Shown: piece by piece, positions 1 to 10,892 of the stretch
How the letters are laid out: every line of letters begins with the position of its first letter
Position numbering within the stretch: position 1 is the stretch's first letter
Assembly: GCA_027490055.1 (NCBI GenBank)
Contig: JAIXYV010000085.1
Location: 543 to 64,542, forward strand
Reading direction: 5' to 3'
From: Bacteroidota bacterium
GTDB taxonomy: Bacteria > Bacteroidota > Bacteroidia > NS11-12g > UBA955
DNA: 64,000 nt
Translations under genes and position numbers: made by a program
Notes under the pieces: generated by a model
Told to the model about the DNA's origin: nothing
Databases searched by the model: none
The model's input: only the letters and a program-made list of their open reading frames with translations

Positions 1-568
1 CAATACTGGGTTTGAGATGCAAAAATGAACGGTCGAACTCGTCGGCTTCCACCACTACCACTGGTTTATCAAAGAGCGAAATCCCATCCGTCCTGTGAAA
101 ATAGTTGCTGTTAAAATTGGTGCTTACACCTCCCAGAAATGCCGTAAAATTGATGCCACATTCGTTTAGTATATGGGCAATCATTGAACTCGTTGTGGTT
201 TTGCCATGTGTGCCCGCCACTGCAATGGTATAAGCATTGGCAGATAAAATACCAAGTACTTCTGCCCGCTTATAGAGCCTGATACTTTTCTGAACAAAAA
301 ACTGTAGTTCGGTATTGTCTTTTGGTATGGCTGGCGTGTAAATAACAATGCTCTTTACGCCGTTCTTAACATCCTCCGGAATATTCTCAATATTCTCGAA
401 ATAATGGATGTCAAATCCTTCGTCTTCCAGCTGACGAGTGAAGTCGTTTCTGGTTTTGTCGTAGCCATAAACATGAATGCCGATGGCTTTAAAATAGCGG
501 GCTATGGCACTCATGCCAATACCGCCGATACCAAGGAAATAAGCAGTTTTAATGTCTTTTAAATTCAT
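1..568 (-). CDS. murC: UDP-N-acetylmuramate--L-alanine ligase MurC, N-terminal part (gene runs off the left edge)
   Basis: Reverse translation from the ATG at 566-568 reads MNLKDIKTAYFLGIGGIGMSAIARYFKAIG... and later GTHGKTTT (Mur ligase P-loop). ATGA overlap with the murG stop. Sits at the expected dcw position. Confidence 0.9.
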   Translation of the reverse strand, partial: MNLKDIKTAYFLGIGGIGMSAIARYFKAIGIHVYGYDKTRNDFTRQLEDEGFDIHYFENIENIPEDVKNGVKSIVIYTPAIPKDNTELQFFVQKSIRLYKRAEVLGILSANAYTIAVAGTHGKTTTSSMIAHILNECGINFTAFLGGVSTNFNSNYFHRTDGISLFDKPVVVVEADEFDRSFLHLKPSI

Positions 569-1644
569 AGCGTGGTTTCAATTACATTGACAATTTCTGA
601 CAGCGCATCGGGCTTGGCCAGCATCGCTATCCTCTCACTCAGCTTCTCTTGTTCGTTTTTATTATTGACTAATTCGACAACCTGGTTGACCAAAGTTGTA
701 GCGGCATCGATATCTTTTACCAGCACAGCAGCTCCCTCTTTTACCAGGGCCATGGCATTCTTGGTTTGATGGTCTTCTGACACATTCGGAGATGGCACAA
801 GAATACATGGTTTGGCCAGTAAACACAGTTCACTGACACTGATGGCACCAGCTCTGGATACCACCACATCGGCTGCTGCATAGGCTGTGCACATATCATA
901 AATAAAGGTTTCGGCCTTTACTAATTGACTACCCCTGGTGTCTGGCGTAAAGTTCTTGCCAGTTTGCCACAAGACCTGCACGCCTGCCTTATCAAATATT
1001 TCAATTCCACCCTGTATGCTGTTGTTTATAGTACGAGCCCCTAAACTGCCTCCAATAACCAAAACCAATGGCTTTGAAGCATCAAATCCGAGTGCCTCCT
1101 TGGCGCTTGCTTTATCACTTGTTTTAGCTTTATAAATTTCTGAACGGACCGGATTACCAGTCATCACAAGTTTACTGGCCGGAAAGAATCGCTCCATACC
1201 ACTATAGGCCACACAGATTTTTCTGACACGCGTAGACAACCATTTATTGGTTAAACCTGCGTACGAATTCTGCTCTTGTATCACACATGGAATACCTGCA
1301 CCTGAGGCTGCAAATAGCACGGCAGCACTGGCATATCCACCAACGCCGATAACGACATCTGGTTTAAATTCTTTAAGAATCGATTTAGCTTTAAGAATGC
1401 TGTTGATGAGCTTAAATGGCACTAATAAATTCGACAGGGTTAATTTCCTTTGTATACCTGCAATTGGTAACCCAACAATCTTATACCCTGCCTGTGGAAC
1501 CTTTTCCATTTCCATGCGACCAAGCGCACCGATGAAAAGAATATCAGCATTGGGATATCTGCTTTTTATTTCATTGGCAATAGCAACCGCAGGGAAAATA
1601 TGTCCCCCGGTTCCTCCACCTGATATAATCACTTTATTAAGCAC
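565..1644 (-). CDS. murG: Undecaprenyldiphospho-muramoylpentapeptide beta-N-acetylglucosaminyltransferase MurG
   Basis: 359-aa ORF with the N-terminal SGGGTGGHIFPAVAIA motif of GT28 MurG. dcw context. Start codon is GTG. Confidence 0.95.
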   Translation of the reverse strand: MLNKVIISGGGTGGHIFPAVAIANEIKSRYPNADILFIGALGRMEMEKVPQAGYKIVGLPIAGIQRKLTLSNLLVPFKLINSILKAKSILKEFKPDVVIGVGGYASAAVLFAASGAGIPCVIQEQNSYAGLTNKWLSTRVRKICVAYSGMERFFPASKLVMTGNPVRSEIYKAKTSDKASAKEALGFDASKPLVLVIGGSLGARTINNSIQGGIEIFDKAGVQVLWQTGKNFTPDTRGSQLVKAETFIYDMCTAYAAADVVVSRAGAISVSELCLLAKPCILVPSPNVSEDHQTKNAMALVKEGAAVLVKDIDAATTLVNQVVELVNNKNEQEKLSERIAMLAKPDALSEIVNVIETTL

Positions 1645-2854
1645 TGGCCACCTCTTCTTTCTCTGGTGTCGCTAAGCCCTCGCTCTGCTCTTCTACGGCT
1701 CTGCTGACACTTAGCAAAACGCCGAATGCCGCACTGGTAAAAATAATACTGGTACCTCCCATACTAATCAGTGGCAATGTCAGTCCCGTTAAAGGAAACA
1801 CATTTGTAGCCACCGCCATATGTATAAAGGCTTGCAAAACCAGACTAAAAGATAATCCAACCGCCAGTAAGGCTCCAAAGGCTTTCGGACTTTTAATAAC
1901 AATCCTGATAGACCTATAGAGAATTAGTAGATATAAAAATATCACCGATAAACCACCGAACAATAAACCATATTCTTCGATGATGACGGCGAAAATAAAA
2001 TCTGAGTACGAGTGTGGCAGGTAGGCACTTTGTTCGCCCTTACCCGGACCTTTACCGGTGAGGCCGCCACCTGCTATTGCTATCTTAGCCTGAACTGTTT
2101 GAAAGACCTCTGCAGTATCACTGCTAGAATAATTTTCTATACGTGCTTTCCAGGTAGAGGCTCTGCCGGGCAGCATGCTATCGGGCGCTTTTAAAAGCGT
2201 CATCAAGCCTATAAAACCTAAAAGGCCAAAAGCCAGGGCAAGTACCAATAGATGCCTGATTCGCGCGTTGCCAATAAAAAGCAACATGCTACAGGTAAAA
2301 AACAATACCAGAGAGGTACTTAAGTTCTCAGGCATAATCAGTACACAAATAACACTGATGTAGAGTACAATGATTCCAAAGCCTGTCCACGAATTCAGTT
2401 CTTCCTGCTTTTTGGAAAGATAACGCGCAATAAACATGATCAGTGAGAACTTCGCTAAATCGCTACTCTGAAAAGTGATACCCAGAATGGTAACCGTACG
2501 TTTAGCTTCATTGATATCATTACCAAAGAAGAGAGTATATATCAGCAGTAGAATAGAAACAATCACTGCTATCTGCGAGATTCTGGAGAAATATTTATAA
2601 TCTAGGAGGTGGAAGAAATACATTAGAAAAAAACCTCCGAATAAGAACAGGGCGTGTTTAAACAGAAAATATTCTGTGTTGCCATCCTGCTTTTTAAATG
2701 CTAAAGAACCAGTTGCACTGTAAACAGCCAGCATACCAAGTAAAGACAAAGCAAAAACAGCAAACCAGATATACTGATCACCCCTAAATTTCAATTTGCC
2801 TAGTTGCATATTTATTTTGTTTTGTTTACTTGTTATATACAGATGCGAGGGCAT
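1637..2854 (-). CDS. ftsW: SEDS-family peptidoglycan polymerase FtsW
   Basis: Polytopic membrane ORF between murG and murD. The more likely true start is the internal ATG at 2809 (MQLGKLKFRGDQYIW...). Confidence 0.88.
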   Translation of the reverse strand: MPSHLYITSKQNKINMQLGKLKFRGDQYIWFAVFALSLLGMLAVYSATGSLAFKKQDGNTEYFLFKHALFLFGGFFLMYFFHLLDYKYFSRISQIAVIVSILLLIYTLFFGNDINEAKRTVTILGITFQSSDLAKFSLIMFIARYLSKKQEELNSWTGFGIIVLYISVICVLIMPENLSTSLVLFFTCSMLLFIGNARIRHLLVLALAFGLLGFIGLMTLLKAPDSMLPGRASTWKARIENYSSSDTAEVFQTVQAKIAIAGGGLTGKGPGKGEQSAYLPHSYSDFIFAVIIEEYGLLFGGLSVIFLYLLILYRSIRIVIKSPKAFGALLAVGLSFSLVLQAFIHMAVATNVFPLTGLTLPLISMGGTSIIFTSAAFGVLLSVSRAVEEQSEGLATPEKEEVASA

Positions 2855-2903
2855 CCCCTATCACCTGCGGTGTTAGTGCTTTCCTGTTATTTTTTGTTGA
2901 CGC

Positions 2904-4256
2904 TTACAGGTTTTTAACTGCTGCTTTATACTGCCATCCTCTGTCTTCGTAATTCGCGAATAAATCGAAACTCGCACAGGCTGGAGATAATAAAACAACA
3001 TCACCTTTAGCGGCAAATCGTTTAGCTACCAGCACCGCTTCTTCGGCGCTGCTGGTATTCAACATCAGATCGACATCTTTGCCGAATGCTGCATGAATCT
3101 TGTGGTTATCGGTACCAAGACAAACAATCACTTTTACTTTCTCTTTTACAAGAGGCAAAAGCGCTGCGTAATCATTGCCTTTATCGACACCACCGACAAT
3201 CCATACCACAGGCTTATCCATACTCTCCAGGGCATACCAGGTAGAGTTGACATTAGTGGCTTTACTGTCGTTGATGTAATCGACACCACCTACAGTGGCA
3301 ACATACTCTAAACGGTGCTCTACATTCTGAAAATCTATCAGGCTTTCGCGGATGATGTCTTTTCGGATGTTGAGAACATTGGCAGCAATTGCAGCGGCCA
3401 TGCTGTTGTAACTGTTGTGAATGCCTTTCAGGGCAAAATCGTTAATAAACATAGTTAATTGGTTAGTGGGGTTTGTTGATGTATTTTCTAATAAGTGAAA
3501 TTCCTTGTCTGTGACATAGGCGCCTTTTTCCTGCACTGTTCCGTAAGAGAAAGGCAGTTTCTGAGCGTCTATTTTATGTGTTTGCAGGTTCTTTACTGTA
3601 ATCTCATCATCGGCGCAATAGATGAAAAAATCGTCTTTGTCCTGGTTCATCGCGATCCTGAATTTTGAGTCGATGTAATTCTGAAATTCGTAATTGTATC
3701 TGTCCAGATGATCAGGTGTGATATTGCTTAAAATGGCAATATGCGGTTTGAAGGTATAAGTATTGTCGAGCTGAAATGAACTTAACTCGAGCACGTAATA
3801 ATCAAAATTATTTTCGGCAACCTGAAGCGCGTAGCTCTTGCCGACATTGCCGCCAAGTCCGACATTAAAGCCTGCTTTCTGCAAGATATGATAGCACAAC
3901 ATGGTGGTGGTTGTCTTACCATTGGTACCTGTTATTCCGACATGTCTGGCATTGGTATAGCGCGAGCCAAATTCAATTTCAGAAATCACCGGAATTCCTG
4001 CAGCTTTGGCTTTTTGAATGATATCAACTTTGTCTGGAATACCCGGACTTTTAATGATCTCATCAGCATTCAGAATCATGTCTTCTGTATGCTTGCCCTG
4101 CTCGTAAGGCACTTTGATTCTATCGAGGTCGCTGATATACTTTGGCTTGATGGTGCCACTATCTGATACAAAAACAGAATAACCCTGCTTCAATGCCAGA
4201 ACTGCGCAACCTGTGCCGCTCTCTCCTGCTCCTAATATGACGATTCTCTTGCTCAA
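2904..4256 (-). CDS. murD: UDP-N-acetylmuramoylalanine--D-glutamate ligase MurD
   Basis: 450 aa. ILGAGESG Rossmann N-terminus and GTNGKTTT P-loop. TTG start. dcw context. Confidence 0.95.
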   Translation of the reverse strand: MSKRIVILGAGESGTGCAVLALKQGYSVFVSDSGTIKPKYISDLDRIKVPYEQGKHTEDMILNADEIIKSPGIPDKVDIIQKAKAAGIPVISEIEFGSRYTNARHVGITGTNGKTTTTMLCYHILQKAGFNVGLGGNVGKSYALQVAENNFDYYVLELSSFQLDNTYTFKPHIAILSNITPDHLDRYNYEFQNYIDSKFRIAMNQDKDDFFIYCADDEITVKNLQTHKIDAQKLPFSYGTVQEKGAYVTDKEFHLLENTSTNPTNQLTMFINDFALKGIHNSYNSMAAAIAANVLNIRKDIIRESLIDFQNVEHRLEYVATVGGVDYINDSKATNVNSTWYALESMDKPVVWIVGGVDKGNDYAALLPLVKEKVKVIVCLGTDNHKIHAAFGKDVDLMLNTSSAEEAVLVAKRFAAKGDVVLLSPACASFDLFANYEDRGWQYKAAVKNL

Positions 4257-4259
4257 TGC

Positions 4260-5513
4260 TTATCTTAGTTTTAAAGTGATGACAGTTAATATGGCCAGGA
4301 TGATTCCGATGATCCAGAATCTGGTAACGATTTTGGCTTCGTGAAATCCTTTTTTCTGATAGTGATGGTGGATAGGAGACATCAGGAAAATACGTCGACC
4401 CTCACCGTATTTCTTTTTGGTATATTTGAAGTAGCCTACCTGAATCATTACACTCAGATTCTCTACCAGGAAAATGCCACAAAGTATTGGTATCAATAGT
4501 TCTTTTCTGACAATGATGGCCAGCGCAGCAATAACACCTCCCAGCATCAAACTACCGGTATCGCCCATAAAAACCTGAGCAGGATAACTGTTGTACCAAA
4601 GGAAGCCAATACACGCTCCAACAAAAGCTCCGGCAAATACGAATAGCTCACCGAGGTATGGGATGTACATGATATTGAGATAATCGGCAAACAAAATATT
4701 ACCCGATACAAAGGCGAATAACCCGAGGGTCGATCCAATTATGGCCGATGTCCCCGCCGCCAGTCCGTCTATCCCATCTGTTATATTAGCCCCATTAGAG
4801 ACTGCGGTAACAAGGAAGATAACAGCTACCACAAAAAACACCCAGCCCCATTTCGAACTCATGCCAAAAAATGCCGGTATATCATTGTAATCAAATTCTG
4901 AAAACTTGAAAAACGGAATGGTGGTCTTCAGCGATTTTTCATTCTGCACATAAAATGTCTCACCCTTAATCACTTTTGCCACCATGTGCGTGGTATCAAT
5001 ATTATTTTTTACAACATCAGATGCTTTGTAATGTGTTGTCACTACCACCGCCGGATTGAAATACAAGGTTAGCCCGACTACCAGACCAACAACAATCTGA
5101 CCCATGATTTTAAATCGGCCGGATAAACCTTCTTTATCTTTTTTAAAGACCTTGATATAATCGTCGATGAATCCAATCAGTCCGGTTAAAATCGTCACTG
5201 CTATCATCAGCAATACATACACATTATTCAACCTGGCCAGCAAAAGTGTTGGAATCAGTATAGCACCCAGCATAATCAGTCCGCCCATTGTAGGTGTACC
5301 TTTCTTGCTTTCTTCGCCTTGTAAACCAAGGTCGCGGATCGTTTCAGACACCTGTAATTTGTGCAGGGCGTTGATTAAACGTCTACCAAAAACAGCTGAG
5401 ATGGTTAAGGACAATATCACTGCCAGTCCCATACGGAAAGTCAGGTATTTCCAGACACCTAAACCCCAGATGTCATAGTGCTGATCAAGATATGAAAATA
5501 AGTGGTATAACAT
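4260..5513 (-). CDS. mraY: Phospho-N-acetylmuramoyl-pentapeptide transferase MraY
   Basis: 417-aa polytopic protein with the [20 protein letters not shown] and MGDTGSL motifs. Confidence 0.95.
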   Translation of the reverse strand: MLYHLFSYLDQHYDIWGLGVWKYLTFRMGLAVILSLTISAVFGRRLINALHKLQVSETIRDLGLQGEESKKGTPTMGGLIMLGAILIPTLLLARLNNVYVLLMIAVTILTGLIGFIDDYIKVFKKDKEGLSGRFKIMGQIVVGLVVGLTLYFNPAVVVTTHYKASDVVKNNIDTTHMVAKVIKGETFYVQNEKSLKTTIPFFKFSEFDYNDIPAFFGMSSKWGWVFFVVAVIFLVTAVSNGANITDGIDGLAAGTSAIIGSTLGLFAFVSGNILFADYLNIMYIPYLGELFVFAGAFVGACIGFLWYNSYPAQVFMGDTGSLMLGGVIAALAIIVRKELLIPILCGIFLVENLSVMIQVGYFKYTKKKYGEGRRIFLMSPIHHHYQKKGFHEAKIVTRFWIIGIILAILTVITLKLR

Positions 5514-5519
5514 GTCTGT

Positions 5520-6980
5520 CTATAAGGTCTTAAATATTTGGTTTAAAATGATTCTGTCGTCAAAAGGATGCTTCACGCCCATGACATCCTGATAGGTTTC
5601 GTGACCCTTGCCGGCAATTAGAATAATGTCTTTAGGCTCACTCATCATAACAGCTGCTCTGATGGCTTCTTCCCTGTCGGTAATGCTTATCACTTTCTTC
5701 TGATGCACTACTTCGATACCGGCCAGCATCTCTGATATAATCTGTTTAGGATCTTCGTTTCTTGGATTATCACTGGTAAGTATTACCCTGTCACTCATAG
5801 ATGATGCCACCTTGCCCATTACCGGTCGCTTGTCTTTATCTCTGTTGCCACCACAACCTACAACTGTAATCAGTTTTTCGTTGCTGGTGCGGATATGATT
5901 GATGGTACTAAGGACATTCTCAAGGGCGTCTGGTGTATGGGCATAATCGACAATACCAATAACGCCATTAGGACTTCTATAAACTTCGAACCTGCCGTTC
6001 ACGCCTTCCTGTTTGGAGAGATGCATAAGGATATCCTGACGGTCGACTTCGAGTATGAAGGCTACAGAATACACTGCCAGTAAATTGTAGGCATTAAACT
6101 GCCCAACAAGATTGAACCATACTTCGTCGTTGTCCATTTTAAGCAATAGCCCTTCGAAGTCGCTCTCCAAAATTTTACAATGGAAATCGGCTGGCGATTT
6201 AAGCGCATAAGTATACCTCGATGCTTTGGTGTTTTGTGTCATCACAGTACCATTGCGATCGTCTTTGTTCACCAAGGCAAATGCCTCCATTGGCAATTGA
6301 TCGAAGAACAGTTTTTTAGCTTTTATATAATTGTCGAAGGTGCCGTGATAATCGAGGTGATCGTGGGTAATATTGGTGAATACTGCCCCGTCAAACTCCA
6401 GTCCGTTAATGCGTCCCTGCACCACTGCATGCGAACTCACCTCCATAAAACAATAGCTGCAATCGGCTTCCATCATTTCGGCCATCAGCTGATTCAGTCT
6501 GATTGGATTAGGTGTGGTATGCGAGCTGGTATACGTTTTTCCAGCTATGCGATAGTCAACTGTGCTGACTAATCCGCAGGTGTTACCAAGCGAAGTAAAC
6601 AGATTAAACAACATCGTTGTGGTGGTTGTTTTACCGTTAGTGCCTGTAACCCCTATAAGTTTAAAACGCGAAGATGGATAGTGATAAAATGCAGAAGCAA
6701 AATAGCCCACTGACTGCTGAACATCGTCTACCAAAACAAAGGTAACATGCTCTGGTCGCTCAACTGGCAATGTACTGCAAACAATAACTGTTGCGCCTTT
6801 TGTAATAACCTCTGGAATAAAATTATGGGCATCTACTGTCGTGCCTTTCACAGCAAAGAAAGCGGTATCAGTCGTTACTGCTCTTGAATCAAGTTCTAAA
6901 GCCTGAACCATCACATCGTCTGCTCCGTGAACAGCGATAATGCCTTTATAAACTGCGATATCTTTTAACAGGCGACTCAT
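5520..6980 (-). CDS. murE: UDP-N-acetylmuramoyl-L-alanyl-D-glutamate--2,6-diaminopimelate ligase MurE
   Basis: 486 aa. GVTGTNGKTTT P-loop and the TSDNPRNEDP motif typical of MurE. ATGA overlap with the ftsI stop. Confidence 0.95.
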   Translation of the reverse strand: MSRLLKDIAVYKGIIAVHGADDVMVQALELDSRAVTTDTAFFAVKGTTVDAHNFIPEVITKGATVIVCSTLPVERPEHVTFVLVDDVQQSVGYFASAFYHYPSSRFKLIGVTGTNGKTTTTTMLFNLFTSLGNTCGLVSTVDYRIAGKTYTSSHTTPNPIRLNQLMAEMMEADCSYCFMEVSSHAVVQGRINGLEFDGAVFTNITHDHLDYHGTFDNYIKAKKLFFDQLPMEAFALVNKDDRNGTVMTQNTKASRYTYALKSPADFHCKILESDFEGLLLKMDNDEVWFNLVGQFNAYNLLAVYSVAFILEVDRQDILMHLSKQEGVNGRFEVYRSPNGVIGIVDYAHTPDALENVLSTINHIRTSNEKLITVVGCGGNRDKDKRPVMGKVASSMSDRVILTSDNPRNEDPKQIISEMLAGIEVVHQKKVISITDREEAIRAAVMMSEPKDIILIAGKGHETYQDVMGVKHPFDDRIILNQIFKTL

Positions 6981-9079
6981 GGCGATAACTTGATATAAAT
7001 GGTAGAACCTTTAGTAGTAATTGGCGTATCTGCTGGTATCGACTGATAGATCACAGCTCCATAGCCCTCTACTACCACTTTTAATCCCCTGTTTTCTAAA
7101 AGGTAGACAGCATCTTTCAATCCCATTCCTTTTACATCAGGCACCTTTTTAACATCTGTTCCTAGCTCTTTCAAATCAATAGAACTAACATCAGAACTGG
7201 CTTTTACCCATTCTGTCTCGGCATCTCCTTTAATTTGATGAGAACTGATGGTGAGTTTATTCAACACCATTTTAATATCATCGCGACTGCCATTTTTAAC
7301 TTTAGGCATGCCTGGTTTTTCTACTTTTTTAAGTGGCTGATGTAAGTTCAGACTGGTGCTGTATACTTTATCGGCGATCTCTTTAAAAACGGGACCAGCA
7401 ACTACACCACCATAGTAAATGCCGCTGGTTGGCGCATTCACCACAACGATGCAGGTGTACTGAGGATTATCTGCCGGGAAATACCCAACAAACGAAGCTT
7501 TGTGAGAAGCTTTGTTGTACTTACCATTAGAAATAATCTGTGCTGTACCAGTCTTGCCCGCAACCTTATAATTCAATCCTTTTAATTTATCTCCGGTACC
7601 ATTTTCAACCACACCTTCTAAAAGTTTTTTAAGTTGAACCAGGGTTTCCTGACTGCAGATTTTAGGATTGATGACTTCGGTACTGCAAGATCTGATCACT
7701 TTGCCAAACTCTCTTACTTCTTTTACCAGGTATGGTCGCACCATCACACCATTATTAGCAATGGCATTGTACATGGTAAGCACTTGCAGTGAACTTAATT
7801 CCATTTCATAACCAATACTCATAAACGGCAGTGAAGTACCACTCCATTTAGTATCGCGGGTATTTCTAATAAAGGGACCGCGGGTGGTTTTGATATCGAA
7901 AGAAAGATTCTTATTTAAGCCTAATTTATTGGCATAGGCAAGGAAGGCTTCCGGACTGTTTTTATAGTACTTAGAAACGGTCTTAGCTATACCGACATTA
8001 CTTGAATTCTCGAACACGTGCTGGAAGGTTGTTAATCGTGTCGCTGATTCGTGAGCGTCTTCCATCTTCAAGGGACCGAAAGTAGTTTTACCCCATTCGA
8101 TGTCTATAGTATCTGTCAGTTTCACATACTTGTCTTCAAGTAGTGCCATAGCACTAACTAATTTGAAGGTAGAACCCGGATCTGAGAACTCGTTGACAGC
8201 ATAATTTTCTGCCTCGAAATAGGTATTATCTGGATTGCGTTTCAGATTAGCAATGGCTTTAATAGCGCCGGTTTTTACTTCCATTAAAATAGCACAACCG
8301 TGATCTGCTCCGTGGGCTATCAAGGCCTGCTTCAAAGCATTTTCAGCTACATCCTGAATATTGATGTCCAGCGTTGTGTAAACATCAAAACCGTTGCGCG
8401 GTTCCATTTCCTCGCTGTTGTCAACTGGCTTCCAAACACCGCCAATGATGCGCTGCTCCAAACGCTTACCTACGCTACCAGACAAGAACGAATCATACGA
8501 TCCTTCAAGACCGATTTTGGTTCCCGACTGATTGGTATAACCTATCGTTCTTAAGGCTAGCATACCAAATGGTATCTCGCGTTTGAACTTTTCTATTTTG
8601 ATGAATCCGCCCTTGTATTTACCGAGATTAAAAATAGGCCATTGCTCCATTTGCTTAACGATGTAATAATCGACATCGCGTTTCAGCAAAAGGTATCTCT
8701 CGCCGCGATTACGGGCAGCAACAATATAATTGCGCCATTCGTTTTGCGTTTTATCTGTAAAGGTAGAAGCAAAATACCAGGAAAGACTATCGATGTTTTT
8801 ATTGAAAAACTCGTTAGTGATGGTCTCCACCTTGGTGTCCATGTGCAACTCGTATTTCGGAATACTGGTGGCAAGTAAACTACCGTCTTCGGCGTAGATA
8901 TTTCCTCTTGAAGCCTGGATCTCGCGCCATTTGGTGCTTTGTTCGCGACTGATGCTAAGGTATTTTTCTTTCTGATTAAATTGAAGATCGATGATCTGCC
9001 AGATGATGCGAACTGCCAGCACAAAAACCAGCATAAAGGCAATCCAGGAGCGAAGTAAAATGGCTTTCTTTAAATTCAT
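6977..9079 (-). CDS. ftsI: Division-specific class B penicillin-binding protein (FtsI/PBP3-like) with a C-terminal PASTA-like domain
   Basis: 700 aa. N-terminal membrane anchor. Transpeptidase motifs STFK, SSN and KTGT. C-terminal VPDVKGMGLKDAVYLLENRGLKVVVEGYG... resembles PASTA. Confidence 0.9.
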   Translation of the reverse strand: MNLKKAILLRSWIAFMLVFVLAVRIIWQIIDLQFNQKEKYLSISREQSTKWREIQASRGNIYAEDGSLLATSIPKYELHMDTKVETITNEFFNKNIDSLSWYFASTFTDKTQNEWRNYIVAARNRGERYLLLKRDVDYYIVKQMEQWPIFNLGKYKGGFIKIEKFKREIPFGMLALRTIGYTNQSGTKIGLEGSYDSFLSGSVGKRLEQRIIGGVWKPVDNSEEMEPRNGFDVYTTLDINIQDVAENALKQALIAHGADHGCAILMEVKTGAIKAIANLKRNPDNTYFEAENYAVNEFSDPGSTFKLVSAMALLEDKYVKLTDTIDIEWGKTTFGPLKMEDAHESATRLTTFQHVFENSSNVGIAKTVSKYYKNSPEAFLAYANKLGLNKNLSFDIKTTRGPFIRNTRDTKWSGTSLPFMSIGYEMELSSLQVLTMYNAIANNGVMVRPYLVKEVREFGKVIRSCSTEVINPKICSQETLVQLKKLLEGVVENGTGDKLKGLNYKVAGKTGTAQIISNGKYNKASHKASFVGYFPADNPQYTCIVVVNAPTSGIYYGGVVAGPVFKEIADKVYSTSLNLHQPLKKVEKPGMPKVKNGSRDDIKMVLNKLTISSHQIKGDAETEWVKASSDVSSIDLKELGTDVKKVPDVKGMGLKDAVYLLENRGLKVVVEGYGAVIYQSIPADTPITTKGSTIYIKLSP

Positions 9080-9462
9080 TTCTTAGCCTCCTTTTCTATA
9101 ATTGCCGGTGGTGTGCGCAGTTCCTTTACACCTTCCAATTGCAAACGGTTAGCCACTTCACTCTGATTACTGCGTTTCATCAGGTTGCTCTTCGCACTAA
9201 TATATTCTGAACGCAATTCGTTCAGCTCCTTCTTTAAATCTTCTTTTTCTTTTAAACTTTTAACATGAAAATGTGATAGCGCAATATAAACAACCGTCAC
9301 TGCCACACCCATAAACAATGGGGGCAGGAGACGATTCAGACTGTCTTTGCTGACAAAGAAATCAAATTCACTTGCTTTCTTGATCACCTCGTCGGCGCCA
9401 TTCACAGCCTCTGAATTTTTTTCAGACTGAACATTGTCGATATTAGATTTGAACTGGTTCAA
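9076..9462 (-). CDS. ftsL: FtsL-like cell division protein (single TM helix plus coiled coil)
   Basis: 128 aa with one hydrophobic helix (LLPPLFMGVAVTVVYIAL) followed by a heptad-like charged segment. Conserved slot between rsmH and ftsI. ATGA overlaps on both sides. Confidence 0.6.
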   Translation of the reverse strand: MNQFKSNIDNVQSEKNSEAVNGADEVIKKASEFDFFVSKDSLNRLLPPLFMGVAVTVVYIALSHFHVKSLKEKEDLKKELNELRSEYISAKSNLMKRSNQSEVANRLQLEGVKELRTPPAIIEKEAKK

Positions 9463-10373
9463 ATTTTTTCTGCTATTCTAAGTTTTGCACTTCGTGCGCG
9501 TTTGTTTTCTGCTATTTCCTCGTCGCTCGGTATGATAGGCTTTCTGGTAATGGCCTTCATTCTCAAACTGGTTTTACCAAACAGGTCTTTCTCTAACTCA
9601 CCTTCTACATTGCCTGTATTGATGAAATTTTTCACCATTCTATCTTCTAATGAATGGTAACTCATCACCACAAAACGACCACCGGGCGCTAACAAATCAG
9701 TCACATTTTCGAGAAGTGCTTCTAAAGCTTTCATCTCGTTGTTTACTTCTATTCTCAAAGCCTGAAAAACCTGAGAGAGGTATTTACTCTCTTCCTTTCC
9801 CGGTATACAATTGCTAATGGCAGTTTTAAAATCTTCTATGGTGGTAATAGGATTCACTTTGCGTTTCTCCATAATTACCTGCACCAGCTTGTAAGCGTTT
9901 TTGATTTCGCCATACTGGTTGAATATTTTCAATAAATCGCGTTCACCATATTGATTGATGATATCGCTGGCTTTCAACTTAGCATTCTGATCCATCCGCA
10001 TATCCAGATCGCCACTGAGTCGGTGAGCAAACCCTTTTTCAGCAGTGTTAATCTGGTAAGATGAAATACCAAGATCTGCCAAAATACCATCGACCGGCAC
10101 TGCTTTCAAATACTCCAAAAACTGTCTGATGTATCTGAAATTATGGTTAATGAACACTAAACGTGGATCATCTGGTATGTTCTGAACAGCATCTAAATCC
10201 TGATCAAACGCATAGAGTTTGCCGTTCTCTCCAAGATGTTTTAATATCTCTTTAGAGTGACCTCCTCCTCCGAAAGTAACGTCGACATAAATCCCATCCT
10301 CTTTGATATCAAGGCCCTGGATGCACTCATTCAGCATCACCGGTAAGTGGTATGCTTCAGTCGTCTTTACCAT
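9459..10373 (-). CDS. rsmH: 16S rRNA (cytosine1402-N4)-methyltransferase RsmH (MraW)
   Basis: 304 aa. HLPVML... N-terminus and the DVTFGGGGHS SAM-binding motif. dcw context. Confidence 0.95.
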   Translation of the reverse strand: MVKTTEAYHLPVMLNECIQGLDIKEDGIYVDVTFGGGGHSKEILKHLGENGKLYAFDQDLDAVQNIPDDPRLVFINHNFRYIRQFLEYLKAVPVDGILADLGISSYQINTAEKGFAHRLSGDLDMRMDQNAKLKASDIINQYGERDLLKIFNQYGEIKNAYKLVQVIMEKRKVNPITTIEDFKTAISNCIPGKEESKYLSQVFQALRIEVNNEMKALEALLENVTDLLAPGGRFVVMSYHSLEDRMVKNFINTGNVEGELEKDLFGKTSLRMKAITRKPIIPSDEEIAENKRARSAKLRIAEKI

Positions 10374-10851
10374 CTGTTTCGAATCCTATAATTGATCGGT
10401 TATTATTACTTCCCCCCATTAAATCCTCTGCCATTTTCGAGAATTCCTCATCATCAAACTTGAGTTCCTCTTCGTAGTGTTTCTTATCCCAGATTTCAAT
10501 CTTGTGATTGTAACAAGAAATAATAATATCACCTTTCAATGAAGCGTACTCTATGAGGTTGTTTGGAATATTGATACGACTGCTGGTATCAATCGGCACA
10601 ATGTTGGCCCCGTTGTTAAACTGTCTGATGAACTTTCTGGCGGCGCGATTAAAATCATTCAACACCGAAAGCTTCTCGGTTTCCATATTCCAGTCAGCAT
10701 TGGTATACAAGACCAAACATTTTTCAAATCCACGATTGATCACCATGGCCTTGGCATCCTTGTCAGGAATCTGCGAACGCAACTTCGCCGGCAAGATAAT
10801 ACGACCCTTGCTGTCAATTTTGCATTCAAACTCTCCGATAAACCTAGCCAT
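10357..10851 (-). CDS. mraZ: Transcriptional regulator MraZ
   Basis: 164 aa with two SpoVT/AbrB-like MraZ repeats (DSKGRIILPAKLR and DTSSRINIPNNL). First gene of the dcw block. Confidence 0.9.
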   Translation of the reverse strand: MARFIGEFECKIDSKGRIILPAKLRSQIPDKDAKAMVINRGFEKCLVLYTNADWNMETEKLSVLNDFNRAARKFIRQFNNGANIVPIDTSSRINIPNNLIEYASLKGDIIISCYNHKIEIWDKKHYEEELKFDDEEFSKMAEDLMGGSNNNRSIIGFETDGKDD

Positions 10852-10892
10852 TCAGGATTAAAAAATTATTCGGTAAAGATAAATTCAAAAAA

